Below, one piece after another: positions 18,901 to 27,051 of a DNA stretch of 49,120 nt. Source of the DNA: a virus (Duplodnaviria; Caudoviricetes). Location of the stretch: IMG/VR virus record IMGVR_UViG_3300017754_001496, positions 1-49,120 of that record. One strand, given 5' to 3'. Under the pieces are notes generated by a model that was not told where the DNA came from, made no database searches, and saw only the letters and a program-made list of their open reading frames with translations. Each line of letters begins with the position of its first letter. Position 1 is the first letter of the stretch. A program made the translations under genes and the position numbers.

Positions 18901-19322
18901 AAGCTCAGTTGCAAAACATGCAAATGAAAAAGCAATATCTTGATGAACTTGAAACAAGAAGACAACAATATGAGAATGCATTAGCTCAAGGTAGAACAAA
19001 TGTTTCTCAGTCTGTTATGCAAGCTATGAAGAATGCAGCTGAAACTTCTTGGATGAATGCTACATCAGATAGTTATTCTGTAGATCCATCAACAGGTAGA
19101 ATATATTTCAAACGAGGATTTGATCCTGCTACTGGTACATACAGAGGTAAGCAACAAAATGATGCTGATTTATTAAGAATGTATATGAGTGACCCTTATA
19201 ACTTAGATAAAGATGATGCAATAGATATGATTGTTGGAAGAAGACGCAAAAAATCAGATGATGATACTAAACAGATGGGTGGTATGTTATATAATCCTAT
19301 GGATGTTATTTGGAATTATTAA
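15972..19322 (+). CDS. crAss-like cargo protein 1-type virion protein (1116 aa)
   Basis: N-terminal NIEAEKNETIV...IGGKRHAQGGTPLNVPDGSFVFSD domain typical of crAss-like cargo proteins. The central region is variable with KQIGG/KQTGG/YQTGG. The C-terminus is a Q/A/N-rich helical region ending KQMGG. Confidence 0.65.
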   Translation: MKVKVKKTRGVTGNQHNYGLVTGSIWNYEDKPTTNTVGTTLSPVPREEANIEAEKNETIVYPDKDGMLAHSKIGGKRHAQGGTPLNVPDGSFVFSDFRGMNIKNKELLKNIFNMNTNKAVTPADIAKRYEINYYKEVLKDPWADPMDKKTAQAMIENNMRKLGQLALIQEGMKGFPDGIPDIALPLMGSDIAHGQPSPQPEEEQQEQPQAQKGKQVKKTPPAKSSGPTMKDMERYRLMMMQKAVAEGNANMSMGEWENMYSPRGTQDQIAPTESRWFDDAMLGLTHPFATLMSMGDRTGSWQSYVKEHGNNPIDMALNGVATAYALGPKYFQQAPALLQSASQLKNANNLRNAAVLYDMLGINHNPVYNKPVKQIGGLTRAQIGMQTNERGIPNMVGNKTMLPDTTKTKVANTTQTPPPEGKSWWDSSVDFFNEHRFPVLYGAGELIYQGAKRFSPDFSALIEKFKGYKLADKLKALGKGAKWLTMENPVGRMALMFGADYAIDYFFPDADEKTKQQLKNEAKTVDEAIKQAQQAQQQNPYSTPGPNPFTGNNPTQRTIVLDSTPKAVVDTTKVVVQPKPKVTSSTNLQKSKSSNSSGSTSSQSSNNSGAYVKKGDPANYAGTYNRAKDSVVVKKKQTGGSISRYQTGGFDIERAEGAKRADEKGFYMKRPAYFDYTSEVGDQNPNSGDYVRQDGVIIPAVKDKSGNKTAVPWSYTDPKTGQTTTYKGVDDIVSFADPYINFKNYRAGEDIGEDEMGVDAWKKDLASTDEATRRRAGDFYVSKLNEYNANILGDPTYETIVTKNPDGTEKRGYWEIGTNNAQQGFFEPYVKEEVEEKEKEEEKKTKTEVGTPERAQYEEGIAGSPWWNYDVVNYANQLGNYFNIEPGNLPAYMQYSPYLADPTFLDPARAIAQQQGLARQSQEAIMSGADPSVGRANVIAAQAQAAPQVANIMAQYDQNNVGIANQYGQQAAQTMNQAQLQNMQMKKQYLDELETRRQQYENALAQGRTNVSQSVMQAMKNAAETSWMNATSDSYSVDPSTGRIYFKRGFDPATGTYRGKQQNDADLLRMYMSDPYNLDKDDAIDMIVGRRRKKSDDDTKQMGGMLYNPMDVIWNY

Positions 19323-19331
19323 GAAAAAATT

Positions 19332-22106
19332 ATGGCTACATATATAAAAGGAGTAACAGATGTTTTACCTGGACCTACAGCAATGGCTCCAGATTACAAA
19401 TTACTTGGAACAGCTTTAGCTACTCTTCAAAACAAATATGACAAAGGCTTCAATGAAGTAAAGTCTATGTATAGCTCTATGATAAATAGAGAATTATCAT
19501 CATCTGATAATGAAAAGTTTAGACAAGACTATTTGAAAAAAGCAGATGCAGAGCTTAGTAGATTTTCAGGAATAGATCTCTCTAATCCAAATAATGTTTC
19601 TCAGGCCATGAATGTTTTTAAACCACTGGTAAATGACAAACAATATGTAAAAGATTTGTTTTTGACTCAGTCTCAAAACAGTGAGATTTCAAAAATGGAA
19701 TCTGTAAAATCTAGTTCTGATGCTAAGATAAGAGATGGATATAATCCTAAAATGGAAGAGTGGCTTTATTTAGGTAAGAAAAGACTTTCTGAAATGAAGC
19801 GTGATAATGGTTCTATTGAGTCTGCCAGTTATAACAAGTTTGCTCCTTGGGAAGATCCTATTGCTTATGGTATGAAAATGGCCAAAGAACAAGGGTTAGA
19901 AATTGGTAGAACAGAGTTTGAAGGTATGTTTATAAAACATATTGTAGGTGGTGATCAAGCAGTGGGTCCTTATAAGAACTGGTTTAAGACAGTAATAGGA
20001 GATAAATTTGATAATCAATTTAGAATAGAAGCTGAGTTAGATTATGAACATGGAGTTCAGAATTTAATGGCTAAAGATAAAACATTAGATCGTCAAGCAG
20101 CAACTCAACAATTAGCTCAAGACTTTTCTGGTAATTATGTAAAGTTGATGAATGATGAAATCAATGATACACAAACTAGAATTGATCAGATTAATGATAA
20201 AATAAAAGGTGCTAAGCTGCGTAGTCCAAATGGTCTTTCTCCAAATGATGCAAAAGTATTTCAAGCTCTTGCTAAACAAAAGATTCAGTTGGAAGATATG
20301 GTGGGAAAGCTGAAAAAAGAAAAAGGTACAGATGATGAGTTTCAACAAAAAGCAGTGGATCTTTTTATAAGAAACCCAGCAGGTACTTATGTTAATAAGA
20401 TTAAGAATGATTACGCCACTCAATTTGGATTAGCAAAAGCTACTACAAAAGTTGATGAAGAAGTTCAAGTAAATCAAGCTGCTTTACAAAAAGATAGACA
20501 GAAGCATGAGTGGGCTATGATGATGAAGAAAGCTGAGATAGATATGGCTCATGATCTTAAAATAAAAGAGATAGAGCGTAACACTCAAATTGAAGTAGCA
20601 ACACTAAAAGGAGAAACATTAGCAAGTAGATTAGGTGCAGCATACGGTAATGAAGAAAGTGCAGGAAGTTATACACTAGATTATGCTTATACTAAATCAG
20701 TGAATAATAATCTTAATAATGGTATTAAAGGTTATGTAGATGATAAGGTACTTGCTGTAGCAGCTAACCTTAAATATACTGGAGCAGGTATAGCAACTAA
20801 TGTTAATGATGGATTAAATATGGGGGTAGTAAAACAAGCCATCATAGATAAAGGTCAAGGTAAACAATTGGGAACAGATGCTGCTAAAGCTTTAGCTAAT
20901 TATCTTTCAAAGGTTAAACCTGGTTTTCAATTTGATGCTGCACAACATACTTTTGCTGATATACAAGCTTTGATTGATTATGGCTTTGGAGCCAATCAAA
21001 AAAATAATCCTACTCTTGCAAAGCAAGCATTACCTTCTCTTCAAGCAGCTGGAAATGCATGGTCAGCATATACTTCTCAATTTGTTAAGGAACAATCACA
21101 CTTAAGTGAGTTAGCCAACAGTCCTGTATATGCACCATACATTACACAATCTAATGGGCTGTATACAATAAATCATACTGCTGTACAAAATTCAGGAAAG
21201 AAAGGTGAATTATATGACTACTTAATTCCTGATGCTGAAGTTTACACGAAAAAAGCAGCAATTACTGCACAGACTATTGAACTACATCCAGCAGACCCAA
21301 GTAAATTTGATGCAAGTCTTATTAGAAATGTTATATCTAATGCTACAGTAATAGCTTCAGGTGAAGATGCATTTTCTGGAGAAGACCTTGGAAAACTAAA
21401 ACAGATTGCTCAAGGTGATGAAAATCTAAAAAATGTATTTGATATGGGTATTAAATACAAGTTAGAGATTATAAATAACCAGGAGTTCTATCGTGTAACT
21501 ATTCCTGTAAAGAGATCACTTACTGGTGAAAAACCTACAAGCATGGCTAAACAATTTGATATTGACTTTGAAGGAAAAGTAAGTCAAGCAAATGGTATAG
21601 ACTTTATTGTACCTGCAGCTGCTATGGATAGAATAGCAGGATCAGATCAAGTTACAATTAATGGTGTAACTGGTCAAAAACAAGTGGTAAGAAATGATTT
21701 AAGAACATTATTAAGTCAATCAATGCAACTATTAGATGTTACTCCTCCTACAAGTTGGGTATCTAATAATGGTTTACTTGATGATAACTATAACTATTCA
21801 ACATTTCCAACATATCTTAGTGGTATGATAGGTGGTGGTCAGATAAGTCGCAGTGGTAATGACTTAGTAATGGACTTTACAAAATTTGATGGAACCATAC
21901 AACATATAAACTTTACAGATCTAAAAGGAATCACATATGATCAGTATAAACAAAGTCCTGATAAATATGATTCTCAATTAAGAACTTATGTTGAAGGTCT
22001 TGTAAATGACTATGCATTAGGTAATCTTAATGCAGCAGAACAGAAGAATACGATTGACAGAACTACAACTAATAAAATCCCTTGGGATAAAATCTTAACA
22101 CCATAA
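19332..22106 (+). CDS. Putative ejected virion/cargo protein (924 aa)
   Basis: MATYIKGVTD...PDYKLL...QNKYD N-terminus recalls a conserved crAss-like gene preceding the giant proteins. It has a coiled-coil middle and no Cys that I could find. Confidence 0.55.
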   Translation: MATYIKGVTDVLPGPTAMAPDYKLLGTALATLQNKYDKGFNEVKSMYSSMINRELSSSDNEKFRQDYLKKADAELSRFSGIDLSNPNNVSQAMNVFKPLVNDKQYVKDLFLTQSQNSEISKMESVKSSSDAKIRDGYNPKMEEWLYLGKKRLSEMKRDNGSIESASYNKFAPWEDPIAYGMKMAKEQGLEIGRTEFEGMFIKHIVGGDQAVGPYKNWFKTVIGDKFDNQFRIEAELDYEHGVQNLMAKDKTLDRQAATQQLAQDFSGNYVKLMNDEINDTQTRIDQINDKIKGAKLRSPNGLSPNDAKVFQALAKQKIQLEDMVGKLKKEKGTDDEFQQKAVDLFIRNPAGTYVNKIKNDYATQFGLAKATTKVDEEVQVNQAALQKDRQKHEWAMMMKKAEIDMAHDLKIKEIERNTQIEVATLKGETLASRLGAAYGNEESAGSYTLDYAYTKSVNNNLNNGIKGYVDDKVLAVAANLKYTGAGIATNVNDGLNMGVVKQAIIDKGQGKQLGTDAAKALANYLSKVKPGFQFDAAQHTFADIQALIDYGFGANQKNNPTLAKQALPSLQAAGNAWSAYTSQFVKEQSHLSELANSPVYAPYITQSNGLYTINHTAVQNSGKKGELYDYLIPDAEVYTKKAAITAQTIELHPADPSKFDASLIRNVISNATVIASGEDAFSGEDLGKLKQIAQGDENLKNVFDMGIKYKLEIINNQEFYRVTIPVKRSLTGEKPTSMAKQFDIDFEGKVSQANGIDFIVPAAAMDRIAGSDQVTINGVTGQKQVVRNDLRTLLSQSMQLLDVTPPTSWVSNNGLLDDNYNYSTFPTYLSGMIGGGQISRSGNDLVMDFTKFDGTIQHINFTDLKGITYDQYKQSPDKYDSQLRTYVEGLVNDYALGNLNAAEQKNTIDRTTTNKIPWDKILTP

Positions 22107-22116
22107 CTAATACTAC

Positions 22117-25100
22117 ATGGAAAATATTTTAGGAATTGACAGTGATTTAGAAAGTACTGAATCTATTGAATCTCAATTAAATTCTCCTGAGGTTGAAGCA
22201 GCAACTCTTGCTGACATGTCTACTCCTGCTCCTATTATACCTACATATGCTAGTGAACCTCAAGTAGCTGTTCCCACTGATAAAAAAGTACTTGATCCTT
22301 TTGATGTAGCATTTAATAATGCTAATAAAAAATTTGATCAAGATAGAGCAGCAGAAGTTGGATTGAGTCGTACTTACTATGACCCAAGAACTAAAGAAAG
22401 ATATAGACAAGATAGTAGTATTTATAATGATTATTATAATCCTAATGTTGACTATGAACAAGTGGCATATGATAACTGGGATAAATGGGATGCAGTAAGT
22501 ACAGGATTAGCTGGATTTAAAGAAAACTTTGCATCTTCTTATGGTGAATACTTTAGATATGATAGAGTAGCAAAAGCTATATTTAATCTTGATGCTGACT
22601 ATTTAAAACCTGATGAAACAGATTTAGATAGAATGGCTTATGAACAACGTCAAAATGAAATAAAGAATCCTATCTATTATTCACCTGGTACAGAGAATGA
22701 TTTTTTAACTAAAGGTTTTTTAGCTGAGACTATATCTAGTCTTGGATTTACTTTAGGTACACTTGGTGGAGTTGCTACAGAACAGTTAGCATTTAAAGGA
22801 ATAGAAGTAGGATTAGCTGCAACAGGTATTGGTGCAGCTGCTGTACCTGAAATAGAAGTTGCAGGAGATATAAAGTCAGCAAAAGGTCTTTCTAAAGTTT
22901 GGGATGATCTTGTTGGTATATTTACAGGTAAAGCATTAAATAGTGCAGAGTATCTTGCTCAAGAAGGAAGAATGACAGCTAATGTCATGAGAGAAGGAAA
23001 AGCATTATCATCTACAGATGATATTGTACATACAATGATTACAGATCAAAGTGTTGTAACTAATCCTGGAAAGTATGGAACTAAGTTTTGGGACAATGCA
23101 TTAAACCTTGCAACTAAAGTGCCATTTGTAGGTGAAGTTGCAGATGCAGCAAGATTATACAGAGCAGGTAAAGGCACACTTACTACAGGTGAGTTGTTCA
23201 AAATTGGTATGGGAGGATTGAGAAGAGCTGTAGGAGAATGGCAATTAGCTGCTGGTGAAGCTTCAAGTGAAGCTGGTAGTAACTATAAAGATTTAGTTGA
23301 CCAACTTAAAGATGAATATAGAAATTCTCATGGAGGGCAAGAACCTATAGGTCAAGATTTATTAAACATTAAAAACATGGCACTGAAATCTGCAGGTCAA
23401 GATTTTGGAGGAAATGTTGCCATTCTTGGTGTAATGAACAAGATACAGTGGGGTAATGTATTTGGTAAGTTTGGAACTGAATCTAAAGCTATATCAAAGC
23501 TTAGATTAGCAATGGGTCAAGAAGCATCTGAGTTAGGTATCCTTGCAGTTGAACAAGGTGGTAAATCACAACTTTATCAAAAAGGATTTTTTGGAACAGC
23601 AGGATTACTACCTAAAATATCAGAAAAATTTGGTAGAAAAAAAGCTGCATGGGAATTAGGCAAAAGTATGGTAAAAGGTGTTACCAAAATAGAGCTAACT
23701 GAAGGTATCCAAGAAAACTTACAAGATGTAGTAACTAGTGGATTAAAAGATTACTATGTTTCTCTATATAAGAAAGATCCAACTACTTGGGGAGATAGTT
23801 TTCATGAAGCACTTACTCAACAAATCAGTAAGCAAGGTTTAAAGACATTTGCATCAGGAGCACTTACAGGAGTATTTTTAGGTCCTGGTATGCACGTTGT
23901 TCAACATGCTTCTCAAGCATTTGATAAAAATGCAAGAGCTCACAAAGAAGCAGTTGCAAAAAGTGTTGAATATCTAAATACGTTATATAACTCAAAAGAT
24001 GGTAATGTTCTAAAAGAAACAATTAAGAACATTAAACTTCAAACCATGTTCAATGATGGTATGAAGGAAGGATTACAAACTGGGGATAAATACCAATACT
24101 ATAATAATAAAGACTCAGCTTTTATTCAAACCATTATGCATGCTAAGCGTACTGGTACACTGCGTAACTTTACTTCATACTTAGAAGGATATGGTAAGAT
24201 GAGTAATGAAGAGTTTAAATCAGCTTTTGGTTATTCTCCTGAAGAGTTAGGTAAATCAAGTGCAGCTGAAATAGGAAGTCAACTTGCAAAAGAAGCACAA
24301 GAATACAGTGACATATATGATCATTATCAAACTAAGTTTGGTTTAATGATGAATATGCAGGACTACATTAATGATCCTGCTGCAAGACAAAGATTTTCTG
24401 TAAAGACTAGTGCATTATTAGATGCTATAAGTACAGCAGCATTTGTTCATTCTAAATCTAATGCTAGTATCAAAAGACAAGCAGGAATAAGAGAGCGTAT
24501 TGCTTCTTATGAATCTATTGGACAAAGTTTATCCACTGCATTTGGAACAGTAGTTTCTCCTGAAAAATTAGATGATAGTGTCTTATTACTTAAAGATGAA
24601 ATTAAGACATTAAAGAAATCAGTTACTGCTGACTTAGATGAAGATCAAAAAGAAAGAACACTTAAAAAGATAGATGAAAAGCAAAGAGAGCTTGATATTT
24701 TAACTAGGATAAAATCATCAGTGTATAGACTTCAGGATATACAAGATCCTACAGACTCTGAAAAAACAATCAAAGTTTATGATACAAAAGCTCTTGATTC
24801 ATCTCATGAATCTTTTAATGCAGTTGCTGACTTAATAGCTGAGTATCTTCAGATAAAAAACAATCAAGCAGGTATTGATAATAAAGTAAGTGCTGATGAA
24901 GTTCGTCAGGCAATGAATGACATATATGATTACATGTCACTTGGTCAAGACCATCAAGAATATGTAGATGCAATGAACATGCTAAATGATTCAGAGAAAT
25001 TTGGTAAATATCACCAAAGATTAATGGATGCTCGTGTAGCTGCTCATGCTAGATCATTATATGATGACTTCCATGATTTAGCAGAAATGAGTTCAGTGGC

Positions 25101-27051
25101 TAGAAAGTTCATTGATGACAATAGAGAAAAATTTGATAAACTACTTGCTTTCTCAAATAAACCTTCTGGTACATATGAAAATATGTATGAGTTAAAGAAG
25201 ATTAATGATGAACTTGCATCTCTTTCTAATCAGGTTCTAGAAGAAAAAGTGAATGAGCGTGTCAAAGAAATGAAAGATGCAGCTGAAAAAGTAGCAGCAG
25301 AAGAAGCAATTAGAAAAGAAGAGGAAGCTAAGTTAAATAAACTTAGAGAGTCTAAGTTACCTAAGCCTTTGATTGACATGCTTACTCAAGCCCAAGATAC
25401 AAATGACTCAGATTTGTTTGCTCAAATTGATGAGTACATGGCAATGAGATATGATTTAGAAGAACTTCAGAATTTTCCATTTGAAGAAACTGACATAACT
25501 AAAAGATTAGTAAACAGATACTATGTAGATAACAATGGAAATAAAGTACGTATATCTAAGGATATTAAAATTCCATTAATTATCCCAGGCACTGACCTTG
25601 AAATCAACAATCTAGATAACCTACTCACTTATCTGTACGCATTAGAACAAAAGCTTTATGATAATCACAAAGCAGCTGAGGCTAAAGCAACAATGACAGA
25701 AGCTCAATCTAGTGCTGTTATTGAAAAAACAGATGATGTAAAAGATGACTTGGCTAATCATGTAGGTAATCCTGTAATGTTCAATGGACAAAAAGGTAAA
25801 CTAGAAGTTGAGGACAATGCTTATATAGTAAAGTTTGATGATGGCACTACAGCTAAGATCACTGATATCAAAGAAGGTGAGCAATATAAGTTTGCAGACT
25901 TTACAGAACTTAGCCCTGCATATGAATCATTAGATGAAGAAACTAAATCTGAAATTAGTTCTGGACCAAGTGCTATTACAGAAACAACATCTGATGGTAC
26001 ATTACATATTGAACTAGATGAGAATTACTTAGAAGAAGTAACAATCAATGGTATAAGATGGAAGTTAGAAAAAGATGAGAATGGTTTTGTTATAGGATTT
26101 GTAAATGAGTTCCAAAGAAAGAAGGGTAAAAAGTACAAGACATTCATCAGAAGATTATCTATAAAAGATAAGAAAGGACCAGGTATCAAATATGCTGCAG
26201 CAATCAATGAATTAATTGCTCGTACAAAAGAACTTTCAGAAGATATCAATGAATTGGTTGATGAAAGTGATGTGCTAGATGGAGCTATCAATGAAGCTGA
26301 AAAAATCATGTTTGATGAAATGTCAGCTAAAAGAAGAAGTGATGAACTAATATTAAATTATCAAATAAGTAAGATATTAAATGAAGATATTCCTAATGAT
26401 ATATTAGAAATAAAAGCTAAATTTGATAATCGTTTTAAAAGAAATCAGTTGTCCAATGATGAGCTAATAAAGCTATTTATGTGGGCAGATGATGCAGACA
26501 AAAAAATTATAAAGAAGTTTAGATTACAGTTAACTAATCCTGTGGTCAGTACTGCTAGAGCTTCTTTGAACAAAGATTATATTAATGCTATATCTGAAAA
26601 AATAAATGCAAGAGAAAGTAAAAGAGGCTCCAAGCAAGGAAGTAAAAGAGCTACAACTACAAGTGTTAAGGAAAAGAAATCAGTTGCAAAACTTACTGAA
26701 GAACTTGAGTCCAGAAAAGGCAAGCGAGGTGCGCCAAAGAGTGAACCTAAGCCTAAGAAGCAAAAGTCAAGAAAGAGAACAGTCAAATCAGAAGTAGAAG
26801 CAGTTCAAGCTGAAATAGCTTTTCCTATAGAAACTACAGAAATAACTGAGGTTACTTCAGCTGATGTAATACAAAATCTTCCTACACTAACTGGTGCAGA
26901 AAGAATTAATTCAATTCCTGCAAATAGAGTTAATCAAATAATTTCAATTGTTGATCCTTCAGCTGTACCTACAGTTGATTCATCAACTGAAACAGTTAAT
27001 ACAGATAATCCTTTTTTATCTTTACTAAATAATTATTCTTGTGAATCATGA
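22117..27051 (+). CDS. Giant ejection protein 1 (1644 aa)
   Basis: Gly/Ala hydrophobic helices, EASSEAG and TEGIQENLQ motifs, long coiled coils and a basic tail. The only Cys I find is third from the C-terminus. Coupled by ATGA to the RNAP gene. Confidence 0.65.
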   Translation: MENILGIDSDLESTESIESQLNSPEVEAATLADMSTPAPIIPTYASEPQVAVPTDKKVLDPFDVAFNNANKKFDQDRAAEVGLSRTYYDPRTKERYRQDSSIYNDYYNPNVDYEQVAYDNWDKWDAVSTGLAGFKENFASSYGEYFRYDRVAKAIFNLDADYLKPDETDLDRMAYEQRQNEIKNPIYYSPGTENDFLTKGFLAETISSLGFTLGTLGGVATEQLAFKGIEVGLAATGIGAAAVPEIEVAGDIKSAKGLSKVWDDLVGIFTGKALNSAEYLAQEGRMTANVMREGKALSSTDDIVHTMITDQSVVTNPGKYGTKFWDNALNLATKVPFVGEVADAARLYRAGKGTLTTGELFKIGMGGLRRAVGEWQLAAGEASSEAGSNYKDLVDQLKDEYRNSHGGQEPIGQDLLNIKNMALKSAGQDFGGNVAILGVMNKIQWGNVFGKFGTESKAISKLRLAMGQEASELGILAVEQGGKSQLYQKGFFGTAGLLPKISEKFGRKKAAWELGKSMVKGVTKIELTEGIQENLQDVVTSGLKDYYVSLYKKDPTTWGDSFHEALTQQISKQGLKTFASGALTGVFLGPGMHVVQHASQAFDKNARAHKEAVAKSVEYLNTLYNSKDGNVLKETIKNIKLQTMFNDGMKEGLQTGDKYQYYNNKDSAFIQTIMHAKRTGTLRNFTSYLEGYGKMSNEEFKSAFGYSPEELGKSSAAEIGSQLAKEAQEYSDIYDHYQTKFGLMMNMQDYINDPAARQRFSVKTSALLDAISTAAFVHSKSNASIKRQAGIRERIASYESIGQSLSTAFGTVVSPEKLDDSVLLLKDEIKTLKKSVTADLDEDQKERTLKKIDEKQRELDILTRIKSSVYRLQDIQDPTDSEKTIKVYDTKALDSSHESFNAVADLIAEYLQIKNNQAGIDNKVSADEVRQAMNDIYDYMSLGQDHQEYVDAMNMLNDSEKFGKYHQRLMDARVAAHARSLYDDFHDLAEMSSVARKFIDDNREKFDKLLAFSNKPSGTYENMYELKKINDELASLSNQVLEEKVNERVKEMKDAAEKVAAEEAIRKEEEAKLNKLRESKLPKPLIDMLTQAQDTNDSDLFAQIDEYMAMRYDLEELQNFPFEETDITKRLVNRYYVDNNGNKVRISKDIKIPLIIPGTDLEINNLDNLLTYLYALEQKLYDNHKAAEAKATMTEAQSSAVIEKTDDVKDDLANHVGNPVMFNGQKGKLEVEDNAYIVKFDDGTTAKITDIKEGEQYKFADFTELSPAYESLDEETKSEISSGPSAITETTSDGTLHIELDENYLEEVTINGIRWKLEKDENGFVIGFVNEFQRKKGKKYKTFIRRLSIKDKKGPGIKYAAAINELIARTKELSEDINELVDESDVLDGAINEAEKIMFDEMSAKRRSDELILNYQISKILNEDIPNDILEIKAKFDNRFKRNQLSNDELIKLFMWADDADKKIIKKFRLQLTNPVVSTARASLNKDYINAISEKINARESKRGSKQGSKRATTTSVKEKKSVAKLTEELESRKGKRGAPKSEPKPKKQKSRKRTVKSEVEAVQAEIAFPIETTEITEVTSADVIQNLPTLTGAERINSIPANRVNQIISIVDPSAVPTVDSSTETVNTDNPFLSLLNNYSCES

